This document shows positions 25,926 through 35,796 of a DNA stretch of 64,000 bases, piece after piece (the first letter of the stretch is position 1; every line of letters starts with the position of its first letter). Below the pieces are notes generated by a model. The model was not told the DNA's origin, did no database searches, and saw only the letters and a program-made list of their open reading frames with translations. The position numbers and the translations under genes were made by a program. This DNA is from Pseudomonadales bacterium (GTDB taxonomy: Bacteria; Pseudomonadota; Gammaproteobacteria; Pseudomonadales; IMCC2047): the NCBI GenBank assembly GCA_024234615.1, contig JACKNY010000001.1, forward strand, positions 1,030,334 to 1,094,333, read 5' to 3'.

Positions 25926-26163
25926 GTTTCAAATCCTAATTAACTTAACTGCAGCTATGCAGTCTGGTTGTTGCTTTTTCTGGTTGAAGAACCAGTGGAA
26001 ATTTTAGAGAAACACGAGCAAGGCGAGAGGTATAAACTGACGGATTGCTGATAGTTGCAGGTAAAACGCCACCGATTCCTGCTGGCATTATATGTCTAGT
26101 CTCAGCTGAATTGAAGACAGCACATTGATTAAATTTAAAGGCCGAAGGCTTACAATGCGTGGC

Positions 26164-26781
26164 TTAGATCGCTGTACTGGGCTTTTCTGCAAGAATGGTT
26201 TTTACGATATCCATGTAGATGTAGTCGATGGCTTTGATATAAAACCCGGCCTTGCCAACATAGCTGGTGGTGTCTCGATTCATATCTGGACCAAGTTTGC
26301 CACTGATTGGCGTCATAATGTCCATCATCAGCTTAAAGGGTTGATAACGGCTGCCGGTGTGTTCGAACATGCGTAATTCGCCACCGGGTTTGAGAACACG
26401 GTGCAAAGCTTTGAGTCCTTCTATCGGCCTTGGCACCGAGCAAAAAGTGCAGGAGGTATAGATTTGATCGAAGTGGTTGTCTGGGAAGGTCAGGTCATGC
26501 ACATCCATTTCCAGTGCCTCTATTGTTCCTGAATATTTTTCAATGCGAGGCTGAGCAAAACTTAGCATTGCCGAGCTGATATCAATGGCGGTTATCTCTT
26601 TGCCTGGCGGGAAAAACTCGATATCCAATCCGGTGCCCAGTGCCAGGAACAATATTTTGCCATCCATGTGGCTGAAGAGTTCCCGTTTTTTCGGCGCCCA
26701 CCGTTTTTCCGCACCGATACCAGCCATGTAGTCGAATGATTTGGCGGCGCGATCCCATTTGCCTTTGGTGATCATATCCAT
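26164..26781 (-). CDS. Class I SAM-dependent methyltransferase
   Basis: 205 aa. Motif I (ILFLALGTGLD) and the later D-hF-D-IyTsCt and LKPGG blocks are present. Confidence 0.75.
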   Translation of the reverse strand: MDMITKGKWDRAAKSFDYMAGIGAEKRWAPKKRELFSHMDGKILFLALGTGLDIEFFPPGKEITAIDISSAMLSFAQPRIEKYSGTIEALEMDVHDLTFPDNHFDQIYTSCTFCSVPRPIEGLKALHRVLKPGGELRMFEHTGSRYQPFKLMMDIMTPISGKLGPDMNRDTTSYVGKAGFYIKAIDYIYMDIVKTILAEKPSTAI

Positions 26782-26786
26782 ACTGG

Positions 26787-27185
26787 TTACTCCTGCTCGG
26801 ATTGACTTTGCGAGATTTTCGCACCGCGGATTAAATAGTCGCTGTAATTACAGAAACACAGCGTAAATGCACCAATCAAAGCGCCGAGCAAAGCGGATAA
26901 GCCAATGGGTAGCGTTTGCATAGCGGCAATCATGCATACCAGCATGCCCGTGAACATGCCCGTTAGCATCGTCGGCACCATAACTTCATTGGCGCCAAAG
27001 TAGCGGAATAGTAAGACTAGGCCCAAGACCAGTGCGAGCAGCATGCCCAACGGCATACCAACCAGCATGGCTACCAGCATGTTCCATTCGGTACTCACCA
27101 TCCAGGCGCATAGGCTGGCGACGATTGCGCCGACTAACATGTTGGAGAACAAATCGCCGAGAAGGAAATAGAGCCTATCATTCAT
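26787..27185 (-). CDS. Small membrane protein of unknown function (about 4 TM)
   Basis: 132 aa, Met/Leu/Gly-rich and hydrophobic. It is tightly packed between the methyltransferase and DUF1499 genes (5-nt and 27-nt gaps). Confidence 0.5.
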   Translation of the reverse strand: MNDRLYFLLGDLFSNMLVGAIVASLCAWMVSTEWNMLVAMLVGMPLGMLLALVLGLVLLFRYFGANEVMVPTMLTGMFTGMLVCMIAAMQTLPIGLSALLGALIGAFTLCFCNYSDYLIRGAKISQSQSEQE

Positions 27186-27212
27186 GCTTGAATCCTCGCT
27201 TGGTTTGCCGCA

Positions 27213-27944
27213 TTATTTAGCGGATTTAAATGTCTCGATAAAGCGCGTAATTCTCGCCGCATTGGCGCCTAGATCGCTTTTGCCGACGCGCGAGACGGAG
27301 CGTAAATCCAACCGACTACCTGATTCGCTTGTTTGCACACGTATGACTACATCGTCTTTAAACCCCCACAGGAGGGTGGTGTCTACCGCTTCGATTCTAC
27401 CTTGGTCAGGGTTTTGGCCAACCACTTCCCAATGAAGTTGGTTGGCGACCAGCAGGGCTTTTGCAAATGCCTGGTTAGTGCTCAGCGGGGTTAGCAGGGG
27501 CTGAATTTTTGGATAAGCGGCTTGCTGTTGTGATGCTATTGATGCGCCTTCATAGCTGAGCGGATTGCTGGCGCTTCCTCTTAATGCAATGATGACATCG
27601 AACTCAGGTGGGTTGGCTGTGTCGGTGCTAATGTCGTGGATTACGGGTAACGACTTGCCTTTAATCACCTGTAGTGACAAGGCGATGGAAGGAATCAACA
27701 ACAGTAGTACCGCGATAGTACTGGTTCGCAGCGCCGTTGGGTCTTTTCGAAGCCAAGCTACCAATAATATAATAAGCGCCAGCGTCAGTAGCGCCAATCC
27801 AATAAAAAAGGTCGTTTGAATTAATAAGAAGGATTGACCCAGCGACCAAAGCTCCCAGCGATAGGCTGTGACAGCAACAGGAAAGCCCAACAGGCAAGCT
27901 ATGCTTCCCCATAGACAAAGTTTAGCGAGTGTTTGCTTGATCAT
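27213..27944 (-). CDS. DUF1499-like membrane-anchored protein
   Basis: 243 aa with N-terminal TM helices and the C-terminal block DDVVIRVQTSESGSRLDLRSVSRVGKSDLGANAARITRFIETF, typical of DUF1499. Confidence 0.6.
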   Translation of the reverse strand: MIKQTLAKLCLWGSIACLLGFPVAVTAYRWELWSLGQSFLLIQTTFFIGLALLTLALIILLVAWLRKDPTALRTSTIAVLLLLIPSIALSLQVIKGKSLPVIHDISTDTANPPEFDVIIALRGSASNPLSYEGASIASQQQAAYPKIQPLLTPLSTNQAFAKALLVANQLHWEVVGQNPDQGRIEAVDTTLLWGFKDDVVIRVQTSESGSRLDLRSVSRVGKSDLGANAARITRFIETFKSAK

Positions 27945-28037
27945 AGCTAACCCTCAAAGGTTGCGGCTAGTATTCATTTTTCGACTGAATACTAGCCTTG
28001 TCATTAAATTGGCCGTTCTCTATGTTAAGACGTTAAT

Positions 28038-29135
28038 TTAGAGATTCCTTATAGCTTCCTTAACGGCACCGACCACTAGGCCGACCTGCTCATTCGTCAT
28101 TTCTGGAAATACCGGCAGTGATAGGCATTGTGTGACGAGTGATTCTGTCACCGGCAAGGTTGGTTGCGATGTATCCTTAAAAGCCTGTTGGCGGTGCAAG
28201 GGAATCGGATAATAAATAGCGCAGGCAATACCCTGTTGTTGCAAGTGTTCCATGACAATTGCGCGATCAGGCATGAGCGTAGTGTATTGATGGTAGACAT
28301 GGTTGCCGATCCCGTCTTCATGGGGTGTGACCACCTTGGTGCCGGCAAATAGCTTCCGATAGGTGCTGGCGACACGGCGACGCTCGTGGTTGTAGTCCTC
28401 GATATGTTTTAATTTAGTACGTAAGATCACCGCTTGAATTTCATCCAGCCGGCTGTTCACACCAATTACATCGTGATGATAACGCTGGCGACTGCCATGA
28501 TTGCCATACATACGAAGACGATCGGCCATGGCGTCGGATTGTGTAGTGATCATGCCGCCATCGCCATAACAGCCGAGATTTTTACTGGGAAAGAAACTAA
28601 AGCAGCCGAAGTCGCCGATAGCACCGGTCATTTCCCCATTGACGGCCGCACCAAAGGACTGCGCGCAATCCTCGATCAGTAGCAATTGGTGGGCCTCACA
28701 GAGTGCTTTTAGTTTTGGCATATCCGCCGGTTGGCCAAACAAATGTACCGGTAAAATGGCTTTAGTCGACTTGGTTATTGCTTGTTCAACCAGTGCAGGG
28801 TCCAGGTTAAAACTGTCCGGTAAGACATCCACAAATACTGGTGTTGCGCCCACCGCACCAATGGCTTCCGCTGTGGCAATAAAGGTAAATGCGGTGGTGA
28901 TTACCTCGTCGCCGGGGCCAATGCCCGCCGCGAGCAAGGCGAGTTGGAGGGCGTCAGTCCCGGAGGCGCAACCTATGGCATGTTTGACATTGAGATATTC
29001 AGCGGCTTCGGTTTCAAAAGCAGAAACGTTGGGGCCCTGAATAAAATGGCAGTTCTGTAAGACGTCGCTAATACCCTGGTCAATATCATGTTTCAGCGTC
29101 TGATATTGTTGCTTGAGGTCGACCATTGGAATCAT
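28038..29135 (-). CDS. DegT/DnrJ/EryC1/StrS-family sugar aminotransferase (WbpE/GnnB-like)
   Basis: 365 aa with FIQGPNV..FE, CASGTDALQLAL, DCAQSFGA and SFFPSKNLGCYGDGG (PLP lysine). Confidence 0.88.
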   Translation of the reverse strand: MIPMVDLKQQYQTLKHDIDQGISDVLQNCHFIQGPNVSAFETEAAEYLNVKHAIGCASGTDALQLALLAAGIGPGDEVITTAFTFIATAEAIGAVGATPVFVDVLPDSFNLDPALVEQAITKSTKAILPVHLFGQPADMPKLKALCEAHQLLLIEDCAQSFGAAVNGEMTGAIGDFGCFSFFPSKNLGCYGDGGMITTQSDAMADRLRMYGNHGSRQRYHHDVIGVNSRLDEIQAVILRTKLKHIEDYNHERRRVASTYRKLFAGTKVVTPHEDGIGNHVYHQYTTLMPDRAIVMEHLQQQGIACAIYYPIPLHRQQAFKDTSQPTLPVTESLVTQCLSLPVFPEMTNEQVGLVVGAVKEAIRNL

Positions 29136-29154
29136 TGATTTGTTGTCCTTCTAT

Positions 29155-30108
29155 CTATGGGTTATTAAGCTGAAGTTTTTCTCTAATTTGGGTTGCTGTT
29201 TGCAGTGCTCTCAGTCCCGCTTCGCCGGACACCAAAGGTTGCCGATGCTGACGAACGCAGTCGATGAAGTCGGTGATTTCGGCTAACAGGGCATCGCCAT
29301 CCTCGTAAATAGTTTCCTTGCTGTCGATGTTAGGGACGCCAGGGAACATTTCCCCCTCGCCCTTACGGTGGTAGCTAAAGATTCGATTTTGAAAATCGAT
29401 GGAGATATAGGCGTTAGTTTGGAATATCCGCATTTTGCGCTCAGTCTTTAAACTGATACGACTGGCGGTAACATTCGCGACACAGCCGTTAGCAAAGGTT
29501 AGGCGAGCATTGGCAATATCCGTTGCGCTGGATAGCACACTGGTGCCGCTGACCGCGATATCAATCAACTCGGAGCGTACTGTCGCCAGAATGATATCAA
29601 TGTCGTGAATCATCAGGTCGAGGATGACATCCACATCGGTTGCCCGGGGTTTATAGGGCGCGAGTCGATGGGTTTCGATAAACTTTGGTTCGGTCAGCAC
29701 TTGATCCAGATCGAGCATAGCCGCGTTAAATCTTTCCAAGTGGCCGACCTGGAGAATCAAGTCTTTGGCCTTGGCAATGGTGACTAAATCCTGGGCATCT
29801 TCAATACTGACCGTGATCGGTTTTTCTACTAAAACATGCACGCCCTGATTGAGGAATGCTTTGGCAATGCCATGATGCAAGGTAGTGGGTGTCACTATGC
29901 TGACTGCGTCGACTTGGCCCAATAAAGCGTGATAATCATCAAAAGCCTTTACGCCATGCTGGGCGGCTACTGCCTTGGCTTGCTCTAGGTTAGGATCGAC
30001 CACCCCAACCAGATGGCTACCAGTAATGGAGGCATATTTTTCAGCGTGGAATTTGCCCAGGTAGCCTACACCCACGACAGCGGTGCGAATGGATTGGTGA
30101 CTCGTCAT
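29155..30108 (-). CDS. Gfo/Idh/MocA-family NAD-dependent sugar-nucleotide dehydrogenase (WbpB/GnnA-like)
   Basis: 317 aa with the Rossmann N terminus IRTAVVGVGYLGKFHA and the EKP motif (VLVEKPI). It lies immediately upstream of the DegT aminotransferase. Confidence 0.85.
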   Translation of the reverse strand: MTSHQSIRTAVVGVGYLGKFHAEKYASITGSHLVGVVDPNLEQAKAVAAQHGVKAFDDYHALLGQVDAVSIVTPTTLHHGIAKAFLNQGVHVLVEKPITVSIEDAQDLVTIAKAKDLILQVGHLERFNAAMLDLDQVLTEPKFIETHRLAPYKPRATDVDVILDLMIHDIDIILATVRSELIDIAVSGTSVLSSATDIANARLTFANGCVANVTASRISLKTERKMRIFQTNAYISIDFQNRIFSYHRKGEGEMFPGVPNIDSKETIYEDGDALLAEITDFIDCVRQHRQPLVSGEAGLRALQTATQIREKLQLNNP

Positions 30109-30236
30109 TTTGCTTGATTCTGGCTCATTACGTCGACAGCTAGTTTCGGCAGCTGGTTAAGGCGGCAAGTATAAGGGTTTATGGTGGCGCTTGTATATCG
30201 GCAAAAAGACCGACGCGCGGCGTGACTCAAAACCCA

Positions 30237-30268
30237 CCTTGCAGGCATATGCGCATTTGCCTGCAAGG
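30237..30268 (-). terminator. Intrinsic terminator of the nfeD-SPFH operon
   Basis: CCTTGCAGGCA-tatgcgcatt-TGCCTGCAAGG is an 11-bp perfect stem starting 14 nt past the SPFH stop. On the minus strand it is followed by GGTGGGTTTTGAG. Confidence 0.55.
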
Positions 30269-30281
30269 ACTAGGGTAAGTG

Positions 30282-31028
30282 TTACTCACCGCTGGATTTA
30301 AGTTTGTTCAGCAAATCCATCGGAATTGGGAAAACGATAGTATTGCTATGTTCTCCGGCAATTTCGGTGAGTGTTTGTAAATAACGCAATTGCAATGCTT
30401 GCTCCTGCTTCGCCAGCACTTGAGCCGCTTCGAGTAATTTATGCGATGCCTGCAATTCACCGTCGGCGTGAATTACTTTGGCGCGGCGCTCCCGTTCCGC
30501 TTCAGCCTGTTTGGCGATAGCACGGATCATACTTTCATCCAGATCGACATGTTTGATCTCAACGTTGATGACCTTAATGCCCCAAACATCGGTTTGCTTG
30601 TCCAGTATGGATTGAATATCGGCATTGAGTTTTTCCCGCGACGCCAACATTTCATCCAGTTCGTGCTGGCCCAATACGGAGCGCAGGGTAGTCTGCGCCA
30701 GTTGGCTGGTGGCATCATGAAAATTCTCGACATTGATAATTGCGTTTTGGGGGTCGACGACGCGGTAATAAATAACGGCGTTGACCTTAACGGACACATT
30801 ATCTCTGGAAATTACGTCCTGTGTGGGGACATCCAGTACGATGGTGCGCAGGTCGACACGCACCATTTGCTGAATGATCGGAACAATAACAATAAGTCCT
30901 GGGCCTTTGATTTTATGCAGTCGACCCAGCAAAAATACCACTGCTCTCTCGTATTCGCGAGTGACGTGGAATACATTTACCAAAATTAAGAAAATACCGC
31001 CGATCAGTGCCAATAGAAAATAGTTCAT
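30282..31028 (-). CDS. SPFH/Band-7 (stomatin-like) protein
   Basis: 248 aa with an N-terminal TM helix, then [13 protein letters not shown]...GPGLI.IVPI, and a coiled-coil Ala/Glu-rich segment [13 protein letters not shown]. Confidence 0.9.
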   Translation of the reverse strand: MNYFLLALIGGIFLILVNVFHVTREYERAVVFLLGRLHKIKGPGLIVIVPIIQQMVRVDLRTIVLDVPTQDVISRDNVSVKVNAVIYYRVVDPQNAIINVENFHDATSQLAQTTLRSVLGQHELDEMLASREKLNADIQSILDKQTDVWGIKVINVEIKHVDLDESMIRAIAKQAEAERERRAKVIHADGELQASHKLLEAAQVLAKQEQALQLRYLQTLTEIAGEHSNTIVFPIPMDLLNKLKSSGE

Positions 31029-32455
31029 GCGTCCTCCTTTGCCTCCTTTAGTTCAGAATTCTGTGCTTGAATCTCCAGGTTCAGGCCACTCACTTTTACA
31101 ATGCGGGCTCGATCGCCTGGCTTAAATAGTTCTTTGGAGTGAGCGTTCCAAAGTTCGCCATGTAGCCAGACTTTGCCCTGTCCCTGTTCATACTCTGCGA
31201 CCTCAACGAGCTGGCCTAGCATTGCACTGGCACCGGTAACGCTTTGCTGATGGCGCGTTCGCATTAGCATTCGCGCAATTATCACTATGATGAGAAGGGA
31301 TATCACGCCAAGCGCGGCTATCAGCGGCAGCGCTATTTGAAAGGCAGGCAGTTTTGTATCCATCAAAATCACCGAGCCAAAAATAAAAGCAATGACGCCA
31401 CCGATACCTAACACACCGAAACTAGGGACAAAGGCTTCCGCTATCATCAGAGCGATGCCGAGCAGGAGTAGTCCCATCCCGGCATAACTGATGGGTAATA
31501 CCTGAAATGCATAGAGCGCGACCAAAAGACAGATGGCTCCGGCAATGCCGGGGACGCCCATGCCAGGGTTGTAAAACTCCAAGATTAATCCGTAAATTCC
31601 AATCAACATTAGAATATAGGCGACATTTGGATCGGTTATCGTCGCCAAAAACTGGTTGCGCCAATCAGGGTCGAGATATTCTACTTGTGGCGTATCGATC
31701 ACTAACTGCATCGGCTCGCCTTTGAGGTTAATGCTGCGGCCATTCAGCTGCTTGATTAAGTCATTCAAATCTTCGGCAATGAGGTCAATGACATTTTGTG
31801 CCAGTGCGTCGCTGGCAGTTAGACTTGCCGCCGAGCGTACCGCCTGTTCCGCCCATTCGATATTACGATTGTGTCGCTCGGCCAAGCCGCGAATGTAGGC
31901 GATGGCATCGTTAATCTGTTTGCGCTCTAGTGTGGTCAGCGAATCGCTGGGGGTTGTCTTGGTTTCGGGTTTGGCGTTATCTGTTTCTGGTGGTTCGGAG
32001 TCAGGGATGGGTTTCTTGGTGGGCGTGCCAGGCATGCCGGGAGCGCCAATCTGTATCGGTGTGGCCGCACCCAGATTAGTCGCTGGTGCCATCGCTGCAA
32101 TATGAGAGGCATAAAGAATATAGGTGCCCGCGCTGGCCGCCCGCGCGCCATGGGGTGTCACGTAGGTGGCGACAGGGGCGTCTGATTCCAAGATGGCTTG
32201 GATGATACTGCGCATGGATTTGTCGAGGCCACCGGGAGTGTCCATCTGGATGACAATTAAATCCACTGCGTTGGACGCTGCAGTCGCAATGGAACGGCTT
32301 ATATAATCGTTGGTAGCGGGGCCGATGGCTCCTTTTACGGTGAGCACCCGAATCTTATCGACGCTGTATTGAGCTGCATTGACAGGAATACAAAATAGTA
32401 GCGATAGCAACAGCAGGGTGGTGAATGTTTGCCATTGAGATGATGAGATTTTCAT
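31025..32455 (-). CDS. NfeD-family membrane-bound ClpP-class serine protease
   Basis: 476 aa with a signal peptide, a ClpP-like domain (IQMDTPGGL, ...[10 protein letters not shown]), a multi-TM block and a C-terminal OB NfeD domain. It overlaps the SPFH gene start by 4 nt. Confidence 0.85.
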   Translation of the reverse strand: MKISSSQWQTFTTLLLLSLLFCIPVNAAQYSVDKIRVLTVKGAIGPATNDYISRSIATAASNAVDLIVIQMDTPGGLDKSMRSIIQAILESDAPVATYVTPHGARAASAGTYILYASHIAAMAPATNLGAATPIQIGAPGMPGTPTKKPIPDSEPPETDNAKPETKTTPSDSLTTLERKQINDAIAYIRGLAERHNRNIEWAEQAVRSAASLTASDALAQNVIDLIAEDLNDLIKQLNGRSINLKGEPMQLVIDTPQVEYLDPDWRNQFLATITDPNVAYILMLIGIYGLILEFYNPGMGVPGIAGAICLLVALYAFQVLPISYAGMGLLLLGIALMIAEAFVPSFGVLGIGGVIAFIFGSVILMDTKLPAFQIALPLIAALGVISLLIIVIIARMLMRTRHQQSVTGASAMLGQLVEVAEYEQGQGKVWLHGELWNAHSKELFKPGDRARIVKVSGLNLEIQAQNSELKEAKEDA

Positions 32456-32826
32456 AATCCGTTGCTCTGTTGGCCTGTTAGAAAACTTACTCCTCTAGAT
32501 CAACGGATGCAAATTTACTGATTGCAGGTTATTTGTCGTGGCCGTGCTGGATGGGTTCAATATCCGTTATTTTTTAAGCTTTGCTATTGTGTTTCGATTC
32601 TTAGCTGGTTTAGGCTAAAAAAGGAAACGCGGTGAAAATTCAACTGAAATCCCGCTATTACCGCAGAAAGTAAAGGAAATAAGTCGCTATTTTTAGAATC
32701 TTTGCTATTCCTAATTTTCAAGAAGTTTTTATTGTAAGCGCAGGTGCTGAAAGAATCGGCGTTCTGTCTTGATAGGTGTTTTGTTGAATTTAATTGATCC
32801 GCTGCGTAAAAGAAGAATTCTAATAT

Positions 32827-35463
32827 ATGGGTAAATCCTTAGTCATTGTCGAGTCTCCGGCAAAAGCAAAAACTATTAATAAATACTTGGGCAACCAGTT
32901 TGTGGTGAAATCCAGTATTGGTCATATTCGTGATTTACCGGTGAGCGGCAACGCCAAAAATAAACCGGTGGACGCTAAGGCGCGGGCTCAGGAGGCGGCT
33001 AAAACCCGTAAAATGGCACCGGCAGAGAAGGAGGAATACAAAAAACTCAAGGCGAAAACACAACTGATCGCCCGTATGGGGGTTGATCCGGAGCATGGCT
33101 GGAAAGCGCGCTATGAGATATTACCGGGCAAGGAAAAGGTTGTTAAAGAACTGAAAAAATTGGCAGAGGATGCCGATACTATCTATCTGGCGACGGATTT
33201 GGATAGAGAAGGAGAGGCTATCGCCTGGCATTTGCAGCAGGTTATCGGTGGCGATGAATCACGCTATAAGCGCGTGATATTCAATGAAATTACCAAAAAT
33301 GCGATTCAAGAAGCATTCAAGGATCCAACCCAGTTAGATCTGGATCGAGTCAATGCGCAGCATGCCCGGCGCTATCTCGATCGCGTCGTTGGTTTTATGG
33401 TGTCGCCATTGTTGTGGGCGAAGATTGCCCGTGGTCTATCGGCAGGCCGAGTGCAATCGGTAGCGGTAAGACTGGTCGTGGAGCGGGAGCGCGAGATTCG
33501 CGCTTTTATTCCAGAGGAATACTGGGAGGTTCATGCGGATCTTAAGCCGCAGACCGATAATGCACTGCGTTTTCAGGTCACCAAGCAACAGGGTAAAGCT
33601 TTCCGGCCGACTAGCCAAGAGCAAACAGATGCGGCGCTGGCGCTACTGCAACAGGCCAGTTATAGCGTCGCGGAGCGACAGGACAAGCCAACCAGTTCCA
33701 AACCCGGTGCGCCTTTTATTACATCTACCTTACAGCAGGCAGCGAGCACCCGGCTGGGGTTTGGTGTGAAAAAAACCATGATGATGGCGCAGCGTCTGTA
33801 TGAAGCGGGTTACATTACCTATATGCGTACTGACTCGACTAATCTTAGTGCGGATGCGGTTAGTGCTTGTCGAGATTATATTACCGATAGCTTTGGCAAA
33901 AAATATCTGACGGAAAAAGCGATTTCTTATAGCGCCAAAGAAGGCGCACAGGAAGCACATGAGGCAATTCGTCCTTCCGATGTGCAGGTCAAGGCAACGC
34001 AGTTAAGCGGGATGGAGCGGGACGCAGAGCGTCTGTATGAACTCATCTGGCGACAGTTTGTTGCCTGCCAAATGCCGAAAGCTGAGTTCTTAAGCTCAAC
34101 CATTACGGTTAAAGCCAGCGAGTTCGAACTCAAAGTAAAGGGTCGTATCTTGAAGTTTGACGGTTATCTAAAAGTGATGCCGCTGAATAAAAGCGATGAG
34201 GACGTTGAGCTACCTGACTTAAAAGTTGGTAGTAACTTAAGTCTCGTTGAGTTGTTGCCGAAACAGCATTTTACTAAGCCGCCAGCGCGTTATAGCGAGG
34301 CTAGTTTGGTCAAAGAATTGGAAAAACGTGATATTGGTCGACCTTCCACCTATGCTGCAATTATCTCTACCATTCAGGATCGTGGTTATGTGTCGCAGCA
34401 GAACCGCCGTTTTTATGCCGAAAAAATGGGTGATATTGTGACCGACCGTTTGGTGGAAAATTTTGACCACCTGATGGATTATGGCTTTACCGCGCGCATG
34501 GAAGATTCCCTCGACGAAATTGCCAACGGTCAGAAGAATTGGCAGCAGGTATTGGATGATTTTTACCATGATTTTGTGAAGCGCTTAGACGACGCCGAAT
34601 CAAGTGAAGGCGGTATGCGACCCAATTCGCCGACGGAAACGGATATTAAGTGCGTCGCCTGTGGCCGCAATATGCAGATTCGAACCGCTAGCACTGGTGT
34701 TTTCCTCGGGTGTTCGGGGTATGGTTTGGAACCTAAGGAGCGTTGTAAAGAAACGATCAATCTCACCCCAGGTGACGAAGCGGTTGATGTCGAGAAGGAC
34801 GAGGAAGGTGAGTCCAAGCTACTGCGTAAAAAGCATCGCTGCAAGCGCTGTGGTACAGCGATGGATAGTTACCTGCTCGATGCTGAGCGTAAATTGCACG
34901 TTTGCGGTAATGGTCCGGATTGCCCGGGTTTTGAAGTGGAATTTGGCAGTTACAAGATTAAAGGGTATGAAGGCCCAGTTATCGAGTGTGATAAGTGTGG
35001 CGCCGAAATGCAGTTGAAATCAGGTCGTTTCGGTAAATATTTTGGTTGTACCTCCAGCAACTGCAAAAATACCCGAAAACTTTTGCGTAACGGTGAAGCG
35101 GCTCCGCCTAAGATGGACCCTGTACCAATGCCAGAACTCAGTTGCGAATCAGTTGAAGATACTTATGTGTTGCGAGATGGCGCCGCTGGGATGTTCCTCG
35201 CTGCCAGCAAATTTCCTAAAAACCGCGAAACCCGTGCGCCATTGGTGAGCGAGTTGATTCCGCATCGGGATGAAATTGATCCTAAGTATCATTTTCTCAT
35301 GTCTGCGCCGATTGAAGATCCAGCAGGTAATCCGGCCATTATTCGCTTTAGCCGTAAAACGAAAGAGCAATATGTGATGAGCGAAGTTGATAAAAAGGCT
35401 ACCGGCTGGCAAGCCTATTACGTCGATGGCAAATGGAAAGAGCACAAGGCGACGAAAAAGTAA
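32827..35463 (+). CDS. topA: DNA topoisomerase I
   Basis: 878 aa with [22 protein letters not shown] (Toprim), [14 protein letters not shown], the ITYMRTDS active-site Tyr region, and C-terminal Cys4 zinc ribbons. Confidence 0.97.
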   Translation: MGKSLVIVESPAKAKTINKYLGNQFVVKSSIGHIRDLPVSGNAKNKPVDAKARAQEAAKTRKMAPAEKEEYKKLKAKTQLIARMGVDPEHGWKARYEILPGKEKVVKELKKLAEDADTIYLATDLDREGEAIAWHLQQVIGGDESRYKRVIFNEITKNAIQEAFKDPTQLDLDRVNAQHARRYLDRVVGFMVSPLLWAKIARGLSAGRVQSVAVRLVVEREREIRAFIPEEYWEVHADLKPQTDNALRFQVTKQQGKAFRPTSQEQTDAALALLQQASYSVAERQDKPTSSKPGAPFITSTLQQAASTRLGFGVKKTMMMAQRLYEAGYITYMRTDSTNLSADAVSACRDYITDSFGKKYLTEKAISYSAKEGAQEAHEAIRPSDVQVKATQLSGMERDAERLYELIWRQFVACQMPKAEFLSSTITVKASEFELKVKGRILKFDGYLKVMPLNKSDEDVELPDLKVGSNLSLVELLPKQHFTKPPARYSEASLVKELEKRDIGRPSTYAAIISTIQDRGYVSQQNRRFYAEKMGDIVTDRLVENFDHLMDYGFTARMEDSLDEIANGQKNWQQVLDDFYHDFVKRLDDAESSEGGMRPNSPTETDIKCVACGRNMQIRTASTGVFLGCSGYGLEPKERCKETINLTPGDEAVDVEKDEEGESKLLRKKHRCKRCGTAMDSYLLDAERKLHVCGNGPDCPGFEVEFGSYKIKGYEGPVIECDKCGAEMQLKSGRFGKYFGCTSSNCKNTRKLLRNGEAAPPKMDPVPMPELSCESVEDTYVLRDGAAGMFLAASKFPKNRETRAPLVSELIPHRDEIDPKYHFLMSAPIEDPAGNPAIIRFSRKTKEQYVMSEVDKKATGWQAYYVDGKWKEHKATKK

Positions 35464-35796
35464 TATGAAGTGAATCACTCTGAAGAGCTTTTTTTCAGTA
35501 TCTTTCCTGCGTCGTTCCACTTTCCTTTCTAATTCTGGCTCGTGGTCTAAGAAACTGCGATGTGATTCGCCAGCAATCTAAAAATGGTTATTTTGTTCTG
35601 ACAGATATTTGACTCTCATCAAGAAAATGTTGAATGATCGCAGTGCATATCGAATATATCCCGAACACAGAAGGTCTTTAGGGTAAAATCCGGCTGACCT
35701 AAAGGCATGTATTTTATAAGGGTATGTGGGAAGCGTTCCCGGTGCTGACTGCTTTTTGGGGATAAGGTTCGCTTAACCAAATGAGGGTAATCAATC

